DNA of 45,554 nt from a bacterium. Lineage in GTDB: Bacteria; SZUA-182; DTGQ01. Under the pieces are notes generated by a model. The model worked only from the letters and a program-made list of their open reading frames with translations. It made no database searches and had not been told where the DNA came from. Below, one piece after another: positions 35,641-45,004 of this stretch. Position 1 is the first letter of the stretch, and every line of letters starts with the position of its first letter. The DNA lies in assembly GCA_040752695.1 (NCBI GenBank), contig JBFMGO010000036.1, positions 1-45,554 of the forward strand, given 5' to 3'. Both the position numbers and the translations under genes were made by a program.

Positions 35641-38600
35641 ATGGATAAAAAACCATATCATCCAAATTATATAAAAATCATAAAATCAAACAAAAATAAT
35701 CGTATTAAAATAGATTTATTTCGAACGCTCCTGCCCTGTTTTCTTTTTTCTCTGGTTATAGGGATAGGGACTGTCAGGTGGTTTTCCCTGGACGCTGATG
35801 GCATTCTCAGCACATACGCCTTCGCCGGCGGCTTGGACATGCAGGATAAATCTTACCAGGCCGGAGAAGAATGCGTTAAGAGCTGGCAGGTCAATCCAAA
35901 CGGGATTGATTCTCCAGTTATACTCTCCAGCAGGGGGAGTGAAAGAGGCGGATACCTTGATGACAGTATAGCTATTATATCTCCTTACGCAGGCAATCCG
36001 CCATGGATCGGGGATGATCCCAACCAAGATCCTGTCAGCATCATCACTATGATTGAAGAAGATCCGCCCCTCGTTATTACTCTAATCTCAGGCCATGATG
36101 ATGAGGGCGATCCCCTCAGCTATCGCATATCTTCCTTCTCCGCCGTGGGGAAGCTTTACCAATACATCAGTGCGGATGATCATAAAGGTGACCCGATCGA
36201 TACATTCCCAGCAGAAATTACAGACCCTGACCACCAGGTGGTTTATGAACCTGTAAACCGCACCATGCCCTACACGGACACGTTCTATTGCCGGGTGAGC
36301 GATGGAACATCGGACTCAGTAAACGAGGCAAGAGTTGAAATAAGGGTAGCCGCTGATAACGACAGGCCGTGGATCGGTGATAATCCTGCGATAGACCCGT
36401 ACATAGGCTGCACGATAGATGAAGAGGATGATCCGGCCAGGATCACTTTTGGCCCCTGCCGTGACGCCGAAGGTGAGCCTCTCACCTTTTTTGTCTCCAC
36501 GAATATTGATTTTCATGGCAGGCTCTATCAGTATAGTGCCGGTGGCGAAAACTACAAGGGTGCCCGGATTTATCCAAACACAGCCTATCCGGTGGCGGCG
36601 CCCGATCCCAACCTGACCATAGTCTATGAACCTGTAAACCGCACCGGCACCTATACGGACACGTTCTATTGCCGGGTGAGCGATGGAACATCGGACTCAG
36701 GTAATAAGGAAAGGGTGGACATCAGAGTAACCGCTGATAATGACAAGCCGTGGATCGGTGATAATCCTGTGCTGGACCCGAACATGGCCTGCACGATAGA
36801 TGAAGAGAATAATCCGGTCATGATCACCTTTGGCCCCTGCCGTGACGCAGAGGGTGAGCCTCTTACCTTCTTTGTCTCCATGAATATCAGTTTTTATGGC
36901 AGGCTCTATCACTATAGTGCCAGTGGCGAAAATCACAAGGGCGCCCCTATGTATCCAGATACAGCCTATCCGGTGGCGGCGCCCGATCCCAACCTGACCA
37001 TAGTCTATGAGCCTGCAAACCGCACCAGCACTTACACGGACACGTTCTATTGCCGGGTGAGCGATGGAACATCGGACTCGGGTAATAAGGAAAGGGTGGA
37101 CATCAGAGTAACCGCTGTCAATGACAGACCGTGGATCGGTGATGACTCTGCTGCAAATCAGACCTTGGCCTTCACGATAAATGAAGAAGATCCTCCGATT
37201 ACCATTATCCTGAGCTCCAGCCATGATAAAGATGAAGATGCCTCGCTCAGTTATTGTATCCTTTCGTTACCCTTTTTTGGCAAGCTTTACCAATACATCC
37301 ATGATGGCAATCATACAGGTGACCTCATCAATACATTCCCAGCCGTTGTGAAAGACTCCGGCCATAGGATAGTCTATGAGCCAGCCAATCGAATCAGCCC
37401 TTATACGGACACCTTCACCTGCAAGGTGAATGACGCCTTCCTGGATTCGAACAATACCGAGATCGTGCATATCGACGTGACTGCCGATAATGACAGACCG
37501 TGGATTGGTATTAATCCCAATCGAGATCCTAACAGGACCTTTACTACGGATGAGACTTCCCTGCTCGAAATCCCCTTGATCCCGGGGCATGATAAAGAGA
37601 GCGGTAATGATCTTGATTACAGGATCTCTTTGCTGCCCTCTGTGGGCAAACTCTACCAATACAAGAGCGGGGACGATCATAAAGGCAATCTGATCGACCC
37701 GAATCACAGTATCGTGGAAGACCACAGGGTGGTCTATGAGCCGGCTAATGGCAGTAATACATACAGTGTCACCTTTTCCTGCAAGGTGAACGATGGTTCT
37801 TTGGATTCAAGCAACACCGATATCGTGCATGTCACCGTGAATGCTGGTAACGAAGCGCCGGAGTTCAGCACGCAGGATTTGAAAAAGGAATTCGAATTGG
37901 CAGTAGGGGACATGTATCTGTATACGGTTGAAGCGACTGACAGGGATATAAATAATACACTGAAATTCAGCCGGGAGATTCTTCCTGGCTGGCTGAAGCT
38001 GGAGGATAATGAAGATGGCACGGCAACTTTATTGGGCCGGCCCACAATCTATAATACAGGTAAGGCCGGCAATATGGTAAAGATCAGGGTAGATGACGGG
38101 CATGGCGGCTTTAGCCTGCTGGAATTCACCATTAACGTAATCATTCCCGGTATTACGGAAATATATGTTAATCCCAATAATAATGTGATCGAATCAGACG
38201 AGGAGTGGCGTGATGAAAAAGTAGTAATAAAATCAGAAGGGGGAGATGTCCAGGCTGTTATCGTTAGGCCTGACAGCACACTGAAAATTGCTCCAGGGAC
38301 CACCGTAGAATTTCAAAATAATTTAGGATTGATTGTATATGGAACCCTGGAGGCAGACGGATCTTCTGGAGAAATCGTCTTTAAGGGCGAAGACTGGAAA
38401 GGGATAGCGTTTGTTGATCCCAATATGTATGAAGATCCCAATAAACAGAGAAACGATCCCAATTCCGTTTCCGTACTTTCCTATTGCACGCTGGAGGGCG
38501 TAAAAGGTGTTATTGGTGCTGTCAGTGCCACGAATTACGCTCACCTGAAAGTCGATCATTGTACTCTCAGTGATAATGAGGCTATTTGGGGTGGCGGAAT

Positions 38601-41469
38601 TTATCTATTTAACTCAAGCCCACCGCTGATGCATATTACTATCAGTCATAATAATGCCTTGATGTATGGCGGCGGGATTTATTGCGTAAATTCCGAGCCG
38701 GATATGAGGGATATTATCCTCACCGGAAATAAAAGTTCCCAGATGGGCGGCGGAATCTATATTGCGGACGCAAATTGTCCGACCTTGACCAACATCACGA
38801 TTAGCAATAATAGTGCGCCGATAGGCGGCGGGCTTTATTGTTCGAAATCCAATCCCGTGCTGATCAACAACCTCATCACGAATAATTACGGCAGGCGTAA
38901 GGGCGGCGGGATTTATGGTGAGAGTTCTGATCTGAAGCTGATACACAGCACCATCGCCATGAATTCATCTATTCAAGGTGCAGGAATTTACTGTGATTCA
39001 TCGAGCCCGGTAGTGAGAGATACTATTTTGTATGGCAATATCAAGACTGATTTATACGGCAATATCATCAAGACCAATGGCCAGACCGATAGTCAGTATG
39101 AACAGGTTTATCTCGACGCTAACTCGAATCCCAAATTAAAATCGAACCCTGCTTTTTATTATTGCGATGTACAGGGTGGCAGAAAACAGTTCGGGGGGTC
39201 TCTTCTTGGATTTGACGAAAAGCGCTATGACAATGAAAAGAATATGGAAAAAGACCCGCTGTTTGTTTCACTCCCTCCTCAAGCAGGGGTGATCGATGAT
39301 TTCGTACCCAACTGGTCCTTGCAGTCGACTTCCCCCTGTATCAATGCAGGGAATCCTGATCCGAATTCCGTCATAAGCAATTTAAAAGACCCGAATTCCA
39401 TAGAGGCTGTCAAAAAGGATCTGGTGGGCACGAAGAGGCCGTATAACGCAACGGACAATGGCGATATAAACCGGCGTTACCTGATTTACCCCGATATCGG
39501 AGCTTATGAATGTAAAAATAATCCTCCCTTTATCGGCATGGACCCGAATACTGTCATCGATATCCAAAGCACCACAGATGAGGATACCCAGATTATTATC
39601 ACTTTATCGGGAGGCAATGACGTTGATGATCCCGACTTCCGGCATAACATGTTCAGCTTCCCCGAACTTTCCAACCCCGATCTTCCGGTCAAGATGGTTC
39701 TCATGCCGCCCTGGTCATCAGGCACTCTCTATCAGTATGTCCCTGATGATGCTTCGGGTACATACAAAAGAGGCGCTGCCCTGTCAGTCTCAAATCCGGT
39801 CGTAACGGATACTGACCGTCGGGTAATCTATGTACCAGCCAACCGCAGTTGCGATTACACCGATACTTTCATCTTCAAGGTGAATGACGGACAAATGGAT
39901 TCTTCGAACACTGAAGCGGTAGATATCGATGTAGAAGCGAATAACGAAAAGCCAACCTTTACAACGCTCCCGGTTACCGGTGTTCAGGCTTCGGGTGAGT
40001 ATCATTACCGGATCGGAGTAGCCGACCCGGACCTGGACGATTCTTTGACCATCAGGTGCACAACCAGCCTTCCCGCCTGGCTGAACCTGGTCGATAACAG
40101 GGATGGTACGTCGGTGCTCCTGGGCAGGCCGCCATTTGATTCAGCAGGCGACTATCCCGTAGTACTTCGTGTTCTCGATCAGAAGGTCTATACGGACCAG
40201 ATTTTTACCATTACGGTAGCCCCAAATCTGTTCTCCGTGAACGCTGGGCCTGACAAAAGTGGCAGCCCTGGTTCCCCCATTGTTTTGGAAGCATCGGTCA
40301 CAGGGTGTGATATGGCCGCTTTCAACTGGGAATATAGATGGGAAATTCGCGAATTAGGTGCCGATGGAAGCACGTCGGATGCAAATAGTATCGCCGTTGC
40401 CTATCCGGCCAGACCATTCACCTGGACCCCTGCCTGGGAAGGAATCTTTACGGCAACGGTTACCGTCGGCAATGTTATGGATGAAGTGAAATTGATCATT
40501 GCCGATGGTTTTGCTAATGACGATGATCATTCACTCGATTTCAATGGCCGTGAAGGCATCCTGGATACATGGGAGGCTGGCACAGGTCCGAACAGCGTAA
40601 ACAGACAACTTGGGCTATTGGACAATTTAGTGATCGAGAATCCGACACCTTCCAATGCCTCCGCTGAGACATTGACAGACGGGCAGAGAAATAAGATTTT
40701 GGCCATTCTGGAAACAATAGCCGATTCTCCTGACACTGGTGTTATGGACAAGAAGCAGATTTACAAGGCTGTTGAAGTGCTGAACGAGATGGTTCACCAG
40801 CGAGGGGGCAGCTATCTTTCATCCGATCAGGCAGCCCTGCTCAGAAGTGTGGTCAAAAAGATAGCCAGGGAAGGAGCCCGTCTCGGCGGAGATCTGCAAG
40901 CCAACAGCTATGACTCCATCCAGATTTCGATTTCCACGATAGATTTGACGAAAGTAAAATGCGATGATCCGAATGCCACTCATTGTATCGGCGGCCCAGC
41001 CAAGACTGACGCGAGAGTACTTTTCCCGGCAAGCACCCTGTGTGAGATCAAGAAGAGGTTCGGTAACAATGAGGTGACAGCGAGTGTGACTGCCAATAAA
41101 GCTACCGGAAGCGGCCCTGGAGTCATTGTCTCTGTCTCCTTGACCCAATCCGATGGTACAACGGATCTTCCCGTCACTCATCTGGACAATCCTTTTGAAA
41201 TACATATACCGGTGACCGATAAAGCCAAAAGGACGCCGATGTGTTTTGACGAGGCTTCCGGTATCTGGGACAGCAAGGGAATCTCCGAGACCATCGATCT
41301 CAAAGGTGATGTCATTATCTTCAAGGCCAGCTATCTCAGCGACTTTGCACTTTTCAGCTACCAGGATGAAGGCGAAGACAGTGAAACCGGCCAGTTTATC
41401 TCGAGGCTCGATTCAGGGTGCTTTATCCGGACCGTTACTCACCGGTATAAGGGTGAAGACACACGGTGA
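35641..41469 (+). CDS. Large surface protein: Ig/cadherin-like repeats, beta-helix, PKD-like region, GPS/ZU5-like end and GCFI motif
   Basis: N-terminal hydrophobic segment; repeats ending DTF.C.V.DG..DS; LP.WL..DN.DGT..L.G.P domains; GGGIY beta-helix; LQSTSPCINAG..DIGAYE; terminal SGCFI. Confidence 0.85.
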   Translation: MDKKPYHPNYIKIIKSNKNNRIKIDLFRTLLPCFLFSLVIGIGTVRWFSLDADGILSTYAFAGGLDMQDKSYQAGEECVKSWQVNPNGIDSPVILSSRGSERGGYLDDSIAIISPYAGNPPWIGDDPNQDPVSIITMIEEDPPLVITLISGHDDEGDPLSYRISSFSAVGKLYQYISADDHKGDPIDTFPAEITDPDHQVVYEPVNRTMPYTDTFYCRVSDGTSDSVNEARVEIRVAADNDRPWIGDNPAIDPYIGCTIDEEDDPARITFGPCRDAEGEPLTFFVSTNIDFHGRLYQYSAGGENYKGARIYPNTAYPVAAPDPNLTIVYEPVNRTGTYTDTFYCRVSDGTSDSGNKERVDIRVTADNDKPWIGDNPVLDPNMACTIDEENNPVMITFGPCRDAEGEPLTFFVSMNISFYGRLYHYSASGENHKGAPMYPDTAYPVAAPDPNLTIVYEPANRTSTYTDTFYCRVSDGTSDSGNKERVDIRVTAVNDRPWIGDDSAANQTLAFTINEEDPPITIILSSSHDKDEDASLSYCILSLPFFGKLYQYIHDGNHTGDLINTFPAVVKDSGHRIVYEPANRISPYTDTFTCKVNDAFLDSNNTEIVHIDVTADNDRPWIGINPNRDPNRTFTTDETSLLEIPLIPGHDKESGNDLDYRISLLPSVGKLYQYKSGDDHKGNLIDPNHSIVEDHRVVYEPANGSNTYSVTFSCKVNDGSLDSSNTDIVHVTVNAGNEAPEFSTQDLKKEFELAVGDMYLYTVEATDRDINNTLKFSREILPGWLKLEDNEDGTATLLGRPTIYNTGKAGNMVKIRVDDGHGGFSLLEFTINVIIPGITEIYVNPNNNVIESDEEWRDEKVVIKSEGGDVQAVIVRPDSTLKIAPGTTVEFQNNLGLIVYGTLEADGSSGEIVFKGEDWKGIAFVDPNMYEDPNKQRNDPNSVSVLSYCTLEGVKGVIGAVSATNYAHLKVDHCTLSDNEAIWGGGIYLFNSSPPLMHITISHNNALMYGGGIYCVNSEPDMRDIILTGNKSSQMGGGIYIADANCPTLTNITISNNSAPIGGGLYCSKSNPVLINNLITNNYGRRKGGGIYGESSDLKLIHSTIAMNSSIQGAGIYCDSSSPVVRDTILYGNIKTDLYGNIIKTNGQTDSQYEQVYLDANSNPKLKSNPAFYYCDVQGGRKQFGGSLLGFDEKRYDNEKNMEKDPLFVSLPPQAGVIDDFVPNWSLQSTSPCINAGNPDPNSVISNLKDPNSIEAVKKDLVGTKRPYNATDNGDINRRYLIYPDIGAYECKNNPPFIGMDPNTVIDIQSTTDEDTQIIITLSGGNDVDDPDFRHNMFSFPELSNPDLPVKMVLMPPWSSGTLYQYVPDDASGTYKRGAALSVSNPVVTDTDRRVIYVPANRSCDYTDTFIFKVNDGQMDSSNTEAVDIDVEANNEKPTFTTLPVTGVQASGEYHYRIGVADPDLDDSLTIRCTTSLPAWLNLVDNRDGTSVLLGRPPFDSAGDYPVVLRVLDQKVYTDQIFTITVAPNLFSVNAGPDKSGSPGSPIVLEASVTGCDMAAFNWEYRWEIRELGADGSTSDANSIAVAYPARPFTWTPAWEGIFTATVTVGNVMDEVKLIIADGFANDDDHSLDFNGREGILDTWEAGTGPNSVNRQLGLLDNLVIENPTPSNASAETLTDGQRNKILAILETIADSPDTGVMDKKQIYKAVEVLNEMVHQRGGSYLSSDQAALLRSVVKKIAREGARLGGDLQANSYDSIQISISTIDLTKVKCDDPNATHCIGGPAKTDARVLFPASTLCEIKKRFGNNEVTASVTANKATGSGPGVIVSVSLTQSDGTTDLPVTHLDNPFEIHIPVTDKAKRTPMCFDEASGIWDSKGISETIDLKGDVIIFKASYLSDFALFSYQDEGEDSETGQFISRLDSGCFIRTVTHRYKGEDTR
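36001..37860 (+). repeat. Five tandem intragenic ~366-381-bp repeats
   Basis: PWIG units start at 36001, 36367, 36748, 37129, 37498; units 2 and 3 are highly similar in DNA. Confidence 0.85.
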
Positions 41470-41689
41470 CGGCAAATGGCCGATGAATGCCGGCGGCAGG
41501 TTTTTGGAGTGGTGGAAAAGGATAGTTCAGTTAGGCGGGTGATTCTTGCGGCATTTACTTAGCGAGAGAACCACTTAGAAGGGTAATTCATATACTGAAA
41601 TAAGCGTTTTATTGATAATAACTTGTTAGCGTGCTAATAAAAATGATTCAAAAAGCAACTTCTTTAATCAGGAAAAATGGAGGACCTGG

Positions 41690-42364
41690 ATGCTTGAACT
41701 GAAGCTGATAGTAGACAGATTAATCAACCTCAACATAGTGCCTGTGCCGCGGCCGCCATACGTGAACGGCCAATTTGTGACGGTTCCGTTACAACAGTAT
41801 CATCTTCAGGAGTCGACCGGCGTATTCACGAAAACCACCAATGTTCAGCCGGGGTTATGCCCGAAGGCACACAGAAATTTCAGGTGGCTGCCATGGCTGC
41901 CCGGAGCGATAAGCGAAGTCGCTTTGGCTGGTGAGGACGTGCTAACCGGCCCAATGAGTGGATGCTGGCTAAGGCGTGTACGCAAAGTCCTAATAATGGG
42001 ATTCCTGCAAAGCTCGAAATCGTTCCCTGATGCGGAACGAGCATGAGTTTGCATACACAGCCTAGTCACGTACACAAGAGCCGGCGTCCGTTATGCCGGG
42101 CATCTCGGCACTAACATCGACGATCCAGATCAAACGGCGGCAGTCAATAGAGAATGGAACCGATTCGCTACCAACCTGGCCAACGCCGCAAATGGCTACA
42201 GAGGCTTCAATCCTTTACGACATTGGTAAGGACTCTTTCCCGCGCAGCGGATAGGCGAAGTTCCCATAATCTTCGGCTTATACACGACGACCGATCTGTT
42301 TTATGTGATATTTACTTATCAACAGAATAATTCAACCCTGTATCGGATAGCCGGTATTCAATAG
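41690..42364 (+). pseudogene. CNF1/BLF1-like deamidase gene interrupted by a MITE and a premature stop
   Basis: Removing the insertion restores WLPW..LTGPMSGCWLVTYTRAGVRYAGHLG; in-frame TAA at 42227-42229, TAG at 42362-42364. Confidence 0.65.
41972..42062. mobile_element. 91-bp MITE, IS5-family-like (TA duplication in CTAG)
   Basis: TIRs AGGCGTGTACGCAAAGTC...GAGTTTGCATACACAGCC; TA at 41970-41971 and 42063-42064. Confidence 0.75.
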
Positions 42365-42393
42365 GTTCAATCGGCGAGCCAGCATAAAAGCAG

Positions 42394-42437
42394 AAGGGTA
42401 GAACCAATATTTTCATTTGGTTCTACCCTTTTTTTTT
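42394..42437 (+). terminator. Rho-independent terminator
   Basis: AAGGGTAGAACCAA/TTGGTTCTACCCTT stem followed by a T run. Confidence 0.8.
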
Positions 42438-42660
42438 ACCAGTTTGGACAGGTGCGAACAAATTTAGCCACGCGAAAATAATTTCTACCGCTGCTGTCTT
42501 CCAATCCCTTGGCGCTCTGTTCGGTCAGTTTGATTTAGATTCTCAATTGGGTCTTATCGACCTTCCCAATTCATCGTCTTTTGGACGTGAAACCGATCAA
42601 TCAGATCAAATCTCTCATGTCAAATCTCTTATAGCAATTCCCTTTTGGGTATGCTACAGA

Positions 42661-42689
42661 AGGGGAACAGATTTCAAATCTGTTCCCCT
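42661..42689. repeat. REP-like palindrome
   Basis: AGGGGAACAGATTT-C-AAATCTGTTCCCCT, perfect around a central base. Confidence 0.65.
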
Positions 42690-42836
42690 TCAAGCGGTAG
42701 TTCACTCAAGTGGGAACCGCTATAGTATATTCGCTACCATAGTCAAATGCTGTTGAGAGCTCAATAAAGAGTCTCTTGCGGTTATCATAATCAATCCGAG
42801 CTTTGCCAGCTCAACACTGGTACGGCTCTCTTCCTT

Positions 42837-43991
42837 TTATTTTAGTAAAGAACCAGGGAATGTTCCTGCCTCCAATGCCCCAACGCGTGCTTGCAGCTTT
42901 TCATTCTCCGTTTTTAGTTCTTCACAGTGAGTCTTCAACTCTTTGACTGCTTCAACGAGAACACCTACAATACCGGCGTAATCAATTGCTTTATATCCAT
43001 CATCGCCGGTCGAGACCACATCCGGCAAGACTTCCTCGACCTCTTCAGCAATCAGGCCAAGGTTTTTACCCTCATTAAACTCTCGATCAGGGAACTCTTC
43101 CGTACGCCACTTAAACCCTACCCCCCGTAAGGCAGAGACTTTATCGAGAGCACCATCTATAGGAACAATGTCCTTTTTTAATTGAGAATCACTGGAAGTG
43201 TACCAATGGTCAGCAAGTGCATCACCGGCCACATGCAACTTATATGATGGTGTCACTGTGCAGATGCCGAGTTTGCCATTCTCATTAAGAATCATCTTTG
43301 CAGTAGTTGGTGTTCCGCTTCCATTATTCTTGGTCATGAACAGTAACCGTCCACCAGCAACGGCACTAGAACAGCCATGAGTATCTCTCTCTGCCCAGAT
43401 TCCGGCAATCTGTCTGTGCGCGTCAACCTGCCCTGCTGTATTGGTAAAGATAATCATTCCTACTTTATCTCCCTCGGCAGGGGCTGCTCCAGCCAGTTCC
43501 AGGACCGAATTATTGGGCTCTCCGTAAATAGTCAATGCCCTATCACTCCCGTTATAAATTTGATATGTAGGATTGGTATTGTATAGTGATCCTGGATTTG
43601 ACGCTCCAATACCGACATCACCTTTGCCACCAAGCACAAGGGTATCACTTGCAGAAGTTGAGTAAAATTTTAGTGTATCATTGTGGGGGTATACCTCAAG
43701 AGATGCAGCAATGGTAAATCTCTGACTATCATCGGAAGCATGAAATTTGATGGTAGGAGCCTGCGTAACGGGATTGAGACTGATTCCGCTATTATCACCT
43801 ATCGGTTGCAGTCTACCCTTCATAGCCCCAATCACATCGAGCTTTATTGCCGGGCTCGTTGTGCCTATACCAACGTTGCCGCTAGAATTGTAATAGATTT
43901 GGGCCACTGCCGAGCTATTTCCAAAAAGCAGAGATACAGCCACGCACAACAGCATCCGAAACGGTATCTGAGCAATCGCGGAGATCTTCAT
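42837..43991 (-). CDS. Secreted fibre-like protein with C-terminal peptidase S74 intramolecular chaperone
   Basis: Signal peptide; GNVGIGTTSP-type repeats; SSD..LKKDI..AL..V..LRGV.F.W..GLIAEEVE.VLP..V..IDY..LVEAVKEL + coiled coil. Confidence 0.88.
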   Translation of the reverse strand: MKISAIAQIPFRMLLCVAVSLLFGNSSAVAQIYYNSSGNVGIGTTSPAIKLDVIGAMKGRLQPIGDNSGISLNPVTQAPTIKFHASDDSQRFTIAASLEVYPHNDTLKFYSTSASDTLVLGGKGDVGIGASNPGSLYNTNPTYQIYNGSDRALTIYGEPNNSVLELAGAAPAEGDKVGMIIFTNTAGQVDAHRQIAGIWAERDTHGCSSAVAGGRLLFMTKNNGSGTPTTAKMILNENGKLGICTVTPSYKLHVAGDALADHWYTSSDSQLKKDIVPIDGALDKVSALRGVGFKWRTEEFPDREFNEGKNLGLIAEEVEEVLPDVVSTGDDGYKAIDYAGIVGVLVEAVKELKTHCEELKTENEKLQARVGALEAGTFPGSLLK

Positions 43992-44296
43992 TTCATGTTC
44001 CTTTCGTACATTTTCGTAAATTGTACATTTTAGGTATAGGAAAGTGAGTGACCGATTTGCACTAATTTTAATGATAAGATCATCTTTGTTCGCGCGTACT
44101 TTTGCTTGCGGGATGAAAGCAAGAAATATGTATCAGTGTATAGTGGGCTACCTCCATTGGTATAAGGTTGCTGGTGTAAAGTTGTTCGTGTGTTACTATC
44201 GAGCAGTATTTGCGTCATCATCAAGCAGCAGTTATTCATTCACTTAGGAAATGCCGACCGGCCAATAGCTTGAGATATGCGCCTTTCCATCCCCAA

Positions 44297-44392
44297 TTAA
44301 GGATTATGGCTGGCTTTGAGCCGGTTGCCAGCCCCGTCATAGAAGTACTCGCAGGGGACTGTTCCGCAGACGGTTTTCAGGCTGATTAAGTT
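44297..44392 (-). pseudogene. RHS/YD-repeat fragment
   Basis: Translates NLISLKTVCGTVPCEYFYDGAGNRLKA. Confidence 0.5.
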
Positions 44393-44400
44393 ATGTGTCA

Positions 44401-44456
44401 TGTCCAGATCCGACACCTATGGACACCTTGTGTCCAGCGACACCTATGGACACCTT
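44401..44456. repeat. Two tandem palindromic units TGTCCA..CGACACCTA-TGGACACCTT
   Basis: Direct repeat of hairpin units joining two RHS fragments. Confidence 0.65.
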
Positions 44457-44626
44457 GGGCTCGGTCATCACGCCGTGCTGGCCCACTACTTGAAGGGCTG
44501 GGGCACGGTTTCCTGCTCGCCTATGATCTCACCGAAGGGGGTATAGGCATAGGTGTTGACGATATTCTTATTCTGGTCAGTTATGGCAATGGTGCTGCCG
44601 ATAGCATTGAAGTGATAGCAATACAT
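44455..44626 (-). pseudogene. Truncated, frameshifted RHS-core fragment
   Basis: MYCYHFNAIGSTIAITD..YAYTPFGE..QPFK/(Y)VGQHGVMTEP; 44455-44491 matches 45517-45554 with one mismatch and a 1-bp deletion. Confidence 0.8.
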
Positions 44627-44635
44627 AGCTTATCT

Positions 44636-45004
44636 TCATTTCTTGTTCTTGCTGCCCACGAAGGGAAGCCATGCATCTGTATCCCCAATCAGTATCATCT
44701 CTGGTTTGGTACCTTTCATCTTTTTGACGATTATTTCAACGCCAACTGTAGTACCTTTCGAACCTATCGCAATCCACTTATAGCTCCTAATGCCATTTTG
44801 ACGGGTTTCAATTGTGGGAGATGAAAATAATGCACTGTCGATTCCATATTCAAAGAGATAATCTTGGTATATTTCATTAGCAGCTTCAAACATCTCGGCG
44901 TCTGTGCGATCTCCCTGAATTGTGCAACTAGCAAGTAGAACAACCACTGCACCGATTACAAGTATCCTTTTCATAATGACAGACTCCATCTTCTTATCTT
45001 CCAA
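44636..45004 (-). CDS. Lipoprotein, probable immunity protein of the RHS toxin
   Basis: MKRILVIGAVVVLLASC lipobox; overlaps toxin stop; AT-rich. Confidence 0.7.
   Translation of the reverse strand: MEDKKMESVIMKRILVIGAVVVLLASCTIQGDRTDAEMFEAANEIYQDYLFEYGIDSALFSSPTIETRQNGIRSYKWIAIGSKGTTVGVEIIVKKMKGTKPEMILIGDTDAWLPFVGSKNKK

Noticed and set aside
36367..37128. Similar repeats as a diversity-generating retroelement TR/VR pair
   Set aside because: Both copies are in-frame domains of one gene, differences are not adenine-specific, and no reverse transcriptase is present.
42044..42046. TGA as a selenocysteine readthrough
   Set aside because: The stop lies inside the MITE and a further in-frame TAA follows.
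44030..44247. Short ORFs on both strands
   Set aside because: No RBS or motifs; likely decayed intergenic DNA.
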